A DNA stretch of 64,000 nucleotides, from assembly GCA_010093815.1 (NCBI GenBank), contig ML996567.1; one strand, written 5' to 3'. This document shows positions 25,557 to 40,142 of the stretch, piece after piece; positions within the stretch are counted from its first letter, which is position 1, and each line of letters begins with the position of its first letter. This stretch comes from Pseudovirgaria hyperparasitica. Taxonomy: Eukaryota. The translations under genes and the position numbers were made by a program. The notes below the pieces were generated by a model, which worked only from the letters and a program-made list of their open reading frames with translations, made no database searches and was not told the DNA's origin.

Positions 25557-27427
25557 ATATATCTGAAAACGCAACGTATTTCTTTTTATCTTTGGTGTTT
25601 GATATTTGGTGTTTGGTGTTTCATGTTGGAGGGGAAGGGGGAGAGTGTAAGGGGTGAATATACTAGGAAGGAGGGGGGTCTCGTATACGTGTGTTGGGTG
25701 TAGGTGCGTGTGTATATATAGATGTGTATGTGTGTGTGTGTGTGCATAACGTGCTTTCTAGAGACGAACAAACAGGCAGAATAAGAACAAAATCAATCCA
25801 AAAAATTTCAAACCAAGAACTATTTTGTATGGAGGGTATGACAAAGAGGAAAAGTCGACACACCCAGCAGACAGAGAGAGAGTGAGAGAAACAGGCAGAG
25901 GAGGGATAGTATGATATCAATCCATTGCAGAAGTACTCAAAATCTGTGCTTTGCCAAGAAAGGTGGAGATGGAGGAGGGGAGAGGGCGAAGAAGAAGGGG
26001 GGTGGGGGAGGAGTAAAAAATAGCTCGGATCCGTGCTGAGCGTGCCTCCTTCTCTCTCTGTCCAGGGCTCGGTTGTCTTTCCATACAAGGTAGGTAGGTA
26101 GGTGGGTGGGTGGTAGATAGGTAGGTAGTAGGTCCTGATAGTCCCGTGCCAACGTATAAGTATATGTACGTATTTTATGTGTGTATGCAAAATCGGCTCG
26201 TCGAATACTCCAAAACAAATAAGAATGCCGACGAAAGAGAGGTACAGGAATTGTGGGAAGGTCGACAACGTATATATATGCATGCATGCCCGGTCCAAAA
26301 AAAGAACAAGATAGTAATTTCAAAGAAGCAGCTTTGCCGTTGAAGTGATAGTGCATCAAGCGGGGCCAGGCACAGAATTTTTCGTTAACTCAAAGGACGG
26401 TAGCAGTCCATCGTATCGTGTGTGTGTGTGTGTGCGCAAAAAGTGCAGAAAGCTAACAAAACAACGTGATCTGGAAGGTGAAAGCAGAACGACGAAACGA
26501 AGCAGAACGCATGATTTTGTCATCCTCCAATCAGGTCCTTCTGTCGATTACAGAGACATACATCCATCTTCACGGGGTATTTCCTAACAGAAAAAGGTAC
26601 CGCCTGGCCAACGAAGAGGGCTCAAGCTAGCCCTCGTTCCGGCGAGACCATCGTCACCAATCCACCTCATTATCATAAATAGGAACAAAGCCTAGTGGTG
26701 CTGTGTGTGTGTGTGTGTGTGTGTGGAGTTGCGCCGCGATGCAATGGGTCTAAACGAAGGGGAATCAAGAGTGCAGATAGACAAGGAAAGATCGATCAAA
26801 AGAACCCCGAAACCAAGTCGTGCGAATGCGTGCTTGAAAGTATGACTCTCCGCCTCCGGTATCAAGATTGTCCCAAAATATGAGCGCTTCTCCTTAGTGA
26901 ATCTGTTCCGAATGCGCGCGAAAAACCAAGACTTTAGCCCCCAAAACCCTGAAAGGCCATTCGTAATCCCGATGAACCAAGAGACATATGCTGATGTGAT
27001 ATCGAAAGGGATAAGACTCGCTAGTAGAAATAGGAGTTGTGGTCGTGTCCATGAACCGAACGTGGCGACAGACTCACTCGAGTTTCCAGTAATAACCATT
27101 GTGATTCGAAGGAGAAAGTGATCGAAATGTATGACACAGCTCCTGTGAATGGCACTTTGAGTATGGACCACGACCATAAAAAGCGGAAACCACCAAACCC
27201 CCCCCCCCCCTCCCAAACACACCAAGAAACATGCAAAATGGGGCTATGACAAGGGTTCTTCTTTCGCCAGGACAGAGCCTAACGGTGCGCTCGTCGCATA
27301 ATCTCGTTGTTGAACTTATAAAGGCAATGTAAGGTGGCGAATGAAGCTCAACTAAAGGCGAAGTACGGAAGCGTCATCTACTACTGCGGGTAGTTGCTTT
27401 GGCCATTCTCGGACGCTAAGACGATAT

Positions 27428-28738
27428 TTAGCTTTCCCGTTTCGCAGACGGTGGAGCAGGGGCGAGATTACGTTGTTGGTACATCTGATTCTGGCCGTGG
27501 CCGTATGGGGACTGCGGGCCGTAGTTGCTGCTGCTGTTATGAGCACCTCCATTGTGGTATGGTGGATGATTAGAAGCGTACTGTGGCATTCCCTCCGGCA
27601 TACCCGGACTCTGAGTACCATACGGTGGAGCTTGTCCACCAGACGCAGGGGCATAGCCGATAGGAGGCAGCTGGGGACCACCGCCCATATTTGGTGGCGG
27701 TACTTGAGAACGAAGAGCGCCATACACCTGAGGACCGTCGCCATTGTCGACAGGACGACCCTCAGCGCGGGCACGTTCATCCTCAGCCTTGCGTTGCTGC
27801 TCTTCCTCCTTCTTCTTTGCCTTCCATTCTTTGCGAATCTCTTTGAACTCTAATAATCGTTAGCAAAAACGGCAATGGGGAGTACACGACGATTTGGATA
27901 CGCGATGCTGTTGACTTTAACATCGAGTGCTGGTTTCAGTAGCAGTAGCGTTGTTTGAATCGTGCATCAAACTAGCTGGGACATGGGTTGACAGATGGTT
28001 CATGGCTAGCGTCCGCAAAGTCGGGCGAACCATCAATATAGTATGTCGCGACACCGCTTTGGGCCATAACAAAACAGTCCGCGCGCCAAGACGAACCATC
28101 TTTGACCAGCATTATATTGAGTCGAAAAACGTACCTTCAGGAGTGCGCTTCGCGCCATGCGACTGCATCGTTACATGCGCGTTCAAGTGATTTAACGTTC
28201 CGTACGCCTTCTCGCAGCCGTTCCAGCCACACTTGTACATGCGTTCAATCTCTTCGTAGCGTCTACGCGGGCGTTTGTGCTGTTGCGCGCCTGGTATCGG
28301 CACGAATGAATAGACGGTTGACAACGGGTGGCCACCCTGCGCGTCAACGTTAGCAATTCATGTTACACAAAAGGCGGAGGCTCCGCAAACGCGGAGACTC
28401 ACGGGGTGTCCGGGAGCGTATACCATGGCGGGTGTAGTTGGCGCCGATGACGCAGGATGTTGTCCGTAAGGACTGATCTGATGAGGACCAGGAGGATATT
28501 GTCCACCCCATTCCGGTCGTCCATTCATATACGGACTAGGTGTCCCAGGATACCCGGCATGATGACCCATATCGTGTTGCGGTGTATAGGGAGAATACTG
28601 CTGGTGTTGAGGGTAGGTTGGGCTGGTGGCAGCGGCGATTGAGGGATCTATTGGTACTTCGTTGTCAGACTCTCTGTTCCCATTGTGATGGCTGTTCTGG
28701 CCTTCTGCCAAAGGCATGGACGGACTTGTTTGAGTCAT
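27428..28738 (-). CDS. CON7: Con7-family C2H2 zinc-finger transcription factor (3 coding exons; introns 28337-28402 and 27850-28134)
   Basis: MTQTSPSMPL...VPIDPSIAAATSPTY.../GGHPLSTVYSFVPIPGAQQHKRPRRRYEEIERMYKCGWNGCEKAYGTLNHLNAHVTMQSHGAKRTPE/EFKEIRKEWKAKKKEEE...QLPPIGY...MYQQR. This is the characteristic Con7 finger block. Confidence 0.92.
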
Positions 28739-30419
28739 AGCGCCTGTGTTCGCACTTTATGGCCGCTGTACCGGTTTCCACGCGTTTTGTCGAGCGTGTT
28801 TTGGGGTATCGTTTCCTTGAGCTCTCTCTGTCTCTCTCTCGCGGAGGTAGCGTACGCGAAGGTAGGGTAGGTGTGGCAGAGGAAGATAGATTTGGAGAGG
28901 AGCGCGTTTCTTGTTTGTGATAACGCGCAGGATGCAGGCAGAGTGAAGCAGGAGCTTCGAAAGGGTGTTGCTGGTAGTAGGTAGGCAGACAAGGCGAGCT
29001 CGAACCGGACTACTAATAGACCGTTCGTCTATCGTGCATAGACTTGTGGGAGAACCGTTGGTAGAAGCGAATTGGCGAACTCAAGACCGGAGGACGAGAG
29101 GCGCTGGATCGACTGAGGTAAAGGTACTTGAGAGGAACGAGCCGTAGGCGAAAACTACGCTTTGCCGATTTTGAGCGTCGGAAGCTGATTCGCAGAGCGA
29201 GACCTTGGGGAAGAATGGAAGGCTATCGGACCGTGGCTGGGAAGTTCAAGGCTGACTACCCCCCAGGAACGACTAAGAGCCGAAAGATGTGTGTGTTGAC
29301 AGCAGATACGCTGGCGCCGATTTAGACGCGGATGATGTGCAAGACGGCGTCCTGGCAAGTAGGAGCGACTACGACGTAGTTGGATAGCCACCAGTGTTTC
29401 GGCAGATCGTGCGCCGTCGTAAAATATAACGTTGTTTCGGTAGTGCGAGGAAGAGATGGTAGTGCAAAGACTAGTCGAAAGATGGGTGAGAGTGGGAGGC
29501 CGGGCACGAAAAACACTTCTTTTTGAGGTGAAAAAGCGCGTGAAAACGGAATCGTAGGGCAACCCAGGGAGATCGAAAGGATGAAATGACCGATCCGACT
29601 GGGGTGGATGTCTCCAGTGGAATTGGATGGATGCAACGATGGGTAGGTTGCACGAAAGTTGCTTAGCAGAAGACTGAGAGTTGGAGGTCTAGTCGCTGAA
29701 AAGGATGCTAACTTTCTAGCGGCGGATGAGCCACTAATGAGTGAATGGTCAGAGAGTGGTCACGGAGGAAGAGGGACGGCGTCCTTGCCCTGAGAGCGCG
29801 CTGCAGTTCAGGTGCCACCAACGAGTGCGGGAGGCAAGAATGTCCCACTTATTATTTCTTGTACTGGAAGATGTGAGGTAATGCTGCTTTGCTGGGAAGA
29901 TGGAGAGGCCGGGGTCAAGCGCCTTTTCAGTGGCTATTGGGGGAGGGGGAGGGGGAGGAGGGGGGAGGGGTTGTTAGTGCGAGTGCAGTGAGGTGTATTT
30001 TTTGTGCGGATATGAAAAAGCAGGGTGGGTACCGTGAATTGGACGAGATGGAATGGGCGGTACCGGGTGAGGACTGCTTGGATTGATCGCGAATGCGGTG
30101 AGACTTTCTTCCTGCTCTTGTTCCCTGCTGATGTGTGTGAAGTTTACTTGAGTATAGATGTGTATGTGTATGTGTATGCGTATGCGTGTGTGCGTGGTGA
30201 TTCAGGCCAAGTCAGGGCCCTAGTAGCAGAGCTGGCACGACCTTGATTGTAGTAGGTAGGGGGCTCTCAAGCCGTATTGATGGGTAGGAAGTTGACGCGC
30301 TTTGCTCTCTCCTGGTGGGCTGAGCTGTGTGAGCTGCTGTAAGGTATCAGAAACAAGTTGCTGCTTCTAGCGTAGTGTATCGACGAGTGACGCTAAAAGG
30401 TGCGATTGATGGCTAGTCT

Positions 30420-30493
30420 CTGCGAGGAGAAGCGCATAAGTCAGCGTTTGAAGCATGTGCGTGTTGGGGGGAGAGGAGGAGGTGGGTACGTAC
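30420..30493 (-). other. Canonical spliceosomal intron outside any convincing CDS; probable 5'UTR intron of a Con7 transcript
   Basis: Minus strand GTACGT donor at 30493, GCTGAC branch at 30445-30440, pyrimidine tract and GCAG acceptor at 30420. It lies downstream of a CT-rich, TSS-like tract. Confidence 0.6.
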
Positions 30494-31531
30494 TTTTTGA
30501 CGAGCCAACCGTGGATGAACAGGTCCCCAAGCAAGCTAGCAGCACAGTAGTGAGATGGGAGAGATGGAAGATTGGGAGATGGAGAAATCAAGAACGCAAG
30601 AGAAATCGAGTCTAGAGAGAAGGAGGAAAGGACGCGTTCCGGGCGAGAAGGGCTAGTGCAGCAAAGACGCGCGGGCGAGACTAATGTGAAAAGGGCAATT
30701 GAGGAAACGGGGGGCCTTGAGAGCTTCTTCTTGTTGCTTTGACTAGCTCGATCCTGGCTTGGAACGCTCGGATCATCCTTGGTAAACAGAAAAATAACGG
30801 CCGACCGGAGCAGAGAGAGAGGGAGAGGGATGGGTGAGGTATAGAAGATTCGGGGATTGGAGTGAGAGAGGGGGGGGGAGGGGGAGGGGTCGTCCAAAGA
30901 GCGTGACCATTGTGAGAAAGGGTGGTGGTAACAGAAAACACACTCCCCTCTCTACTTTACCCGTCCACCACCAGCACTACCACCACCACAACCACCACTT
31001 ACCACTACCGTCACTTTGCTGTACTGTGGTCATGAAGAAGAACATGCTTTGTGGCCACCAGAAGGGTGAAATCTCAAGCCACCGCGCACTTCCGCCAGCT
31101 TCTAGGGCCGTCTTCCATGTTTACCTCAACAACACATGAAAGAGAAAGAAGAAAACAATCAATCAATCAATCAATCCATACATACATAGCACTCTCGCCT
31201 CATCTAAGGAAAAAAAAAAGACCCTGATCCCACGCTCACACGTGAAATCTTCGCTTCATTGATCCTTTTGCCCATGCAATCAATCTCCCATACATCGATT
31301 GACAGGGCATCATCCACGGTGCGCATCAGCTCGCAAATGAGGTATTGAATTCCAATCTATGAGTGGCAGGACTCCGCATTATGTGAGCACGGTTGACACG
31401 TCTAGTCGGCCCTTTGTCGGTGCTAATCATATGCAAAGTGGAGCGGAGAGCCTTTGGCTTGCTCTCAACCAGACGATGGTCTAAGCCACACACACACACA
31501 TGCGTGCGTGCACATACACACAGTACACACA

Positions 31532-31563
31532 CCAATACCCAATACCCAATACCCAATACCCAA
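31532..31563. repeat. (CAATACC)4 heptamer repeat
   Basis: ccaatacccaatacccaatacccaataccc. Confidence 0.9.
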
Positions 31564-34500
31564 GACCAGAATCTCGAGAATTCCTCCCCCAACCAGGATC
31601 TGCTCCATTCGATTAATCTCGAAGTACTGATCTTCCAATTTTCTGCTCCAACCAGCACTCAGAACCATACTTTGCGTCGCCGTTTCTTCCGGATGGGCAT
31701 TTGATCTGGACCCTTCCTTGCCCTCGAAAAGTGTTGGCCTCTCCTTGTTTCGCAGCAGCCCCCTGTTCGGCTCCCACCATTTGAAATATCTTGTGTCTCT
31801 CGACTGTCTAGACTCAGGGTTTTTTCTGGGGTCTGACATGTTTATTTTCTTTTTTTGACCCTGATGCCGAGGCTCCCATTTAATCCTTGCCTGCAATGTA
31901 CATACATGCAGTACAGCATGAGCATTGTGTAAACAGGCTTGCGCTATCGTTGCCGACGCTGGAGCTGTGCAAAGAAAAAAAAAAGCCGTGACGTCGGGGC
32001 GAGAGGCGCCAGCGCGGGGGCACAAAGTATATGTATAATAGTTGTATGACTGGCGCTGGTGTTACTAGTAGCGAGCGAGCTGTAACGAACGAGTCGACGA
32101 ACAGTCGGAGAAGCATGTTCGCTACTTGAATCTTTAAGCGGAGACTTTGTTCAAACCCGGTAAGCCGGATGTGCGATGTGCGGGAAGGCAAAGCGGGTCA
32201 AACACGACTGGCACCCAGTTCCGGGCAGCACTCTAAATGCTGTTGTGACACCGAAAACGTCTTTTCGAAAAAGACCCTTACCTCTCCTAGCCATTACCTT
32301 ATACGTGCCAGCGGCGACGGCGTGCTGTGACGTCGAAAAGCTTAGCATCGTCATGCTTAAAACGTTTATGCACTAGTATTGTTTCGAAACCATCGTGAGA
32401 TATACTACTTCTCATCAGCTTGCCATTGGTATCATGGATGATGAAGAGCGTGTCGACTGCTATACGAGCACGAAATTGCGGTGTGATGCTTTGGCGCATT
32501 GCATCAATATGAACGAACCTCGTCATGTGGCTATCTTTATGAATCTGAATCACCATTCTGGACACTGTGTCCGGGTCCCATACGAGCGCCGTGAGTTGTC
32601 GTTGATCACCTCACGCGGTGCGACTCGGTACGCCGTATTCAGCAGAGGGACTCTTCAATTCAAACCTTTTTGGTCGAAACAGTAGGGCCGGGATATATGC
32701 TTGACCAGGATCCGCTGCGGTTCAACTTCTGCTCGGCGTGGTACCCCCTTGTTTTGCACGCTCTACCACAAGTGTCTCCTGACAGACCAAGAAGACATGA
32801 CCATTTAGTTGTTGTATGTGTGCGTGTGTGCGTGTGTGCGAAAGAGTGTGGAAGGTTTGCGCTTGAGCCATGCATCCATGATGAGTGGTGCGTACGTGGC
32901 ATTACGCGCAGTATACTTTGTCCACAGTATGCGCGCCTCCACAATGTCGTGGTCTAGGTGTCAGTGACGCTCCTGACGGCAAACCCATGGTTTGTCGCGA
33001 GGTATGTTCGAGATGTGTATGTAGGTAAGTAGATAGTATATCTTAGAAATCGCAGCTGGCAGCGTGGCGTGTGTTTAGACGGACCGATTCCAGTATCTTG
33101 GCCTGGGCCCACCACCTAGAGGCGGGCACTGGCAGCGTGTCGGGCTCTTCTCTGTATAAGCTCCAGCTATGCACGCACGTGCGTCTGGGATAGCGCGTTT
33201 GCAGTTTGTTGCTTTTTGCGAGGTTTTTGGCGCTACTGCCGCTGGCGCTATGATGGTTTGTACGACCACACTACGATATATTATAGACATGTTTGCCTAA
33301 AAAGGGAACATCTGTTGACGTTATCAATCTTACCTGCTGGGACAAACGTGGTTGATTGACTGCAGGAGATGTGTGCAGCAGCAACCAGCCAGGTTGCATC
33401 CCAGTACCAGCAGCCGTACATGCTGGAAGCTGAAAGATTGCAGCAATAGTAATATTCTCTAGAATGAACGTTTGGTGGCACTGTTCAATGGTTTCGACAT
33501 TCTCGAGACGAGCTGATTGTCTCCGGATGGACTTGATAGTCTTTGATGGCCGTGATGGCCGAGATGCTGCGGCCTACCTACCTAGTGCACATGGCAGCAG
33601 TGCTGCATATGAAACGAAATCTGTGAAAGAAACAAAAGAGCGGTCGATCACAAGAAAACGCACAGAGGTGACAGCTCTCACGCATAATGCGCGAATAAAA
33701 GCGTGAGATGCAGCGCCGGGAATAACGAGGACGATGATGTCGGAAGAATACATAATAATGCGCGAATTGAGAAGCGTGGCAGCGCGTGGAAGCATGCATC
33801 CAGGAATGTGGGAACCATGTCCAGCCATGCTGCTGCTGCTCTCAGCGTCGCTACGAGCACATTGCACATTGACGCAAGCAGACCGGATCATTGATTCGGT
33901 GGTGAGAGGTCATGTGCATCGAGTTTGGAGGAGGAGAGCGGGAAGAATCTGCCGGGCAACAGCAGCTCGTGCTCACATGCAAGGAAGATTAAAAGACAGC
34001 GTGCTTGTCGAGCAGGAAAGAAGGCAGCCAGCCAGCACGAGAACGAAACAAAGAATAATGCCGAGCATATTTTGATGAGACCACGAAATGAAGTGGTTTG
34101 AGGGGGAGAGGGAGAGAGAGAAAGAGAGGGAGGGGGGAGGGGGGGGTGACAGGAGCAGGTGGAATCAATACCGTCTTAGCAATACCAATGATGATACAAT
34201 GAGGTGTGTCCATATCTTCCGTAGACGCAGGCGTGAGAGATACCCACACCTCCTACCTAAGGACCAGTTCATGGCCACTAAGGCAAAAGAAGCTTTTTAT
34301 TCCTTAGCGTTACCACGTTGATGCTCGTAATGATCCCGGTCCGCGCCTTTGTAGTCAGTCATTGATGACTGTGGTGGTGGTCATGCAGAAAGTGATATTG
34401 TATCGCTACACGTTACGTTGCGTTGCCAATGCTGCTGCTGCTGGTACTGGTACTGACGACGATGTCAGCCACAGAGACTAATAATGCTGATGATGGTACG

Positions 34501-35689
34501 TAGTTACAAATTGACCCAACGACGCAGCAGACACATGGTACTTGGAGTTTGAGTGAGCTGGCCAACAACGAAGACATGTGGCTGACTGCATACTGTATTA
34601 TCGAAGCACTGAGCACTGGGCGGCAAGAGAAAAGGGCCGAAAGAGGATATAAGAAGCGTTGGAGCCGCAGTGTCACCCGCTCACGTGGGCTTTGGAGCTG
34701 CATGCGAGGTCAGGATGTATCGGCAAGGGGGGGTTGTAATTAGTGGAAGAGATGGAAGATGGCGAGATGGCGAGATTGGGAGAGAGGCCGAGAGAGTGAG
34801 TTAGAGAGAGATAGATGCAAACAAAGCTGGGTGTGAAGAAGATAGTAGCAAGGAGGGAAGAACCGAGAGCGTAGGGGGGCGGTTGTGAGACGGGGAACTT
34901 GGGGGGAGGGGGGAGGGAGAGGGGCAGCTAGGGGGATATAAGCTGGTGGAGCGGGCACGCTTTTGGGGAGGGGGATGGTGAGCAACTGGGCAAGTAGGCA
35001 GCTAGGCAGCTAGGCAGCTGGGGAGTTGGGGAGTTCAATTGGGGGGGTGTTTGGGGGGAGTTGGCTGGCTTTTTTTGGGGGGGAGGGGAGGGGAGGCGGT
35101 GGGAGTGGCAGGGCGGGCAGCGCTGGGGAACCTGCCGTAGCCATAGCTACACATAAGACACATAGTCGCGCGTTCTGGGCCTCTTCTAGGCCGCTGCTCA
35201 TCCGAATCGGGGAGCTCGCGCGATTGAGCCAGGCGGAAGTCGGCATAGCGCTGGCTTTTTCCTCATGTCCATGTCATGCTGCTGCTACTGCTGCTGCTGG
35301 ATGGGCATGGGCATAAGCATGGGCAGCAAGCCATGGCGACGGTTCGTAGTTAGGTCCAGGAGAGGAATTGTCCATTCCGATATCCAGATGGAGCATGCAC
35401 ACCATCATCGACCATGGACGACGCACGCCTTGTTATTTGGAGAATAACAACCACCTGCTGCTGCTGCTGCTGCTGCTGGTTGTGGTGGCTGGAACTTCGG
35501 CGACGACGTAACAGGAACCATATAGTAGGATCCGGAATCGGATGCCGTAGGGACAGGGGCAAGGGCAACAACCTAGGTTTTTCAAATGCCAAGGGACCAT
35601 GCCATGCCATGCCATGCCAATCATGTCTTCTGCGATCAGCTGAAAGATGGACATTAATATCCAAAGGGGAGCGGATGCATGTGCATGTG

Positions 35690-35705
35690 AGTAGTAGTGG
35701 TAGTG

Positions 35706-35751
<46 letters not shown>

Positions 35752-35792
35752 GAATAGTGGAGGTGGAGGTGGAGGTGGAGGTGGAGGTGGTA
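35690..35792. repeat. Compound microsatellite (TAG)n followed by (GGAGGT)n
   Basis: Direct reading. Confidence 0.95.
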
Positions 35793-36210
35793 GAGGATAA
35801 ACAACAATGTGGCGACGGAGAAGCAGCACGCAGCACCCAGCACGGCCGCCAGCAGCCCGGGTAAGCCAGATGAGCCCCGCCCACCATAGAAACATGAAAA
35901 GATGCCACCCAGCGACCAAAACACAACAGCGAACTATCTATTTCTCCTCCTCTTCCCACTAATTATCCAAGCCAAGCTACTACTACCTGGGCAAGGCAGG
36001 GCAAACAACCGTCCATATTTTTGTGATTAGTCAACCTCCTAATTGATTCCTGAGATTCCTGTGATTCTAGTGGGTGCGGGTGGAGCGTGGGCGTGGCGGA
36101 GGGGTTTGTTGGGGGGGGGGGCCAAGCAGCGGGCAGCTAGATAGTAAGTGGTATGGGCGGGCGAAGGCCAATTTTCACATTTCAACACGTCAATTAACAA
36201 TACTAATATT

Positions 36211-36279
36211 AATGATGGTGATGATAATGATGATGATGATGCTGCTCAGTGCTGATGATGATGATGATGATGATGATGA
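36211..36279. repeat. Interrupted (GAT)n microsatellite
   Basis: Direct reading; another (GAT)n lies near 23289-23314. Confidence 0.9.
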
Positions 36280-37195
36280 ATGGATTGATTCAATCACTTT
36301 CCATCCCGTCTGACCATTCTCGCTCGCGTCCATTCCGCTACCATTCCGCCGTCGCCCGTTGGTTAAGGCCCCCTCCCCTCCCCTCCCCTTCCCTTCTTCT
36401 CCTGCTGCCTTTCTCCCCTGCGCCCCTGCATCCTCCAAATCCAAATCCAAAATTGCCAATCGTACACCGCCACGCCTCTCTTTTCTCTCTCCATCTCTCC
36501 AATCTCTCCAATCTTTCCAATCTCTCCTCTCTCTCCTCTCCCCTGTGACCATACTCTCGCGTCCGACTGCCATCCTCACTCAACTCTGCAATATGTCGTG
36601 ATGCGCCTTGTCATTCAATTTCATGCCCTGCCCCTCTCCTCTCCTAAATGAATTATGCGCGCGCCGTGAGCCTGTCATTTTCCGCAACCCTTCACTCATT
36701 CCACATCGCCAGCATCACACTGTTGCACACTCCCACCTGACCTCTCTCTATCAAGAGCCAAGCACATCTGTCATGGTTGTAATCTTCAACACTACGTCTT
36801 CGTTCTTGCATTGGTTGTTGTCAAGCACGACTCCGCACTCATTCTACGAGCTAGCTATTCCGTCTATGTGACAACAAACCCAGTCCACTTCGTCAATCAC
36901 ACTATACAAGCAAGCAATTAAACTTGCCTCGTGACTGATCCTCTAGACCATCCCCGCTGCTGCTGCTGTGTCTTCCGTCCACCTGCGTATTATGCTGCTG
37001 TGTGTGTGAAGAACAAGATGATGCAAAACAAAGGAACCTTGTCTCAAGGAAAATGAACTGTAGACCTCCCTGATGGAATCCCTCTTCTATACTACCCCTT
37101 TTACCGTAAAACTCCAGTCTATCAAGGTGAGGCAAGTCGTTTGTCCAATCTCGAGAGCGACTTAAGAGACTCTTACCGTAATAACGAGCCTCTGT

Positions 37196-39781
<2,586 letters not shown>

Positions 39782-40142
39782 GGTGTGTTATGAGGTGCGA
39801 GTAAGGTCAGAGCTATGGCCGCCTTCGTGAACTTTGCAAGCAAATGAAGCAAATGAAGCAAGTCCGCAAAGATCCACAGGAAGTAGGTGTATAGTGGAGA
39901 GAGTGAAAACAAGACGGAAGATGGGAAACGACAAAGACGTGATGGTAGAGTGAAGTTGGTGAGCGGAAGGGGCGAAAGAAGACTTTTTCTCAAAAAAAGA
40001 GTTTCTAGGGTTGCTGCACTAAAACCAGTCTAGGCCCAAAAAGGCTAGCGTCTACGAGAGCCCTGCTGACAAAAGAAACCTCCAACCTCAAGACGCATTG
40101 AAGTTATTCTTACTAACTTAGTCTTCCACTTGCGTACATGCT

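Noticed and set aside
21700..27300. Many 60-210 aa ORFs, such as poly-MDGW, AKQSK and LLCFA repeats
   Set aside because: These are translations of microsatellites and skewed DNA that lack stops; no splice-consistent gene model. The same applies to 29.9-36.9 kb.
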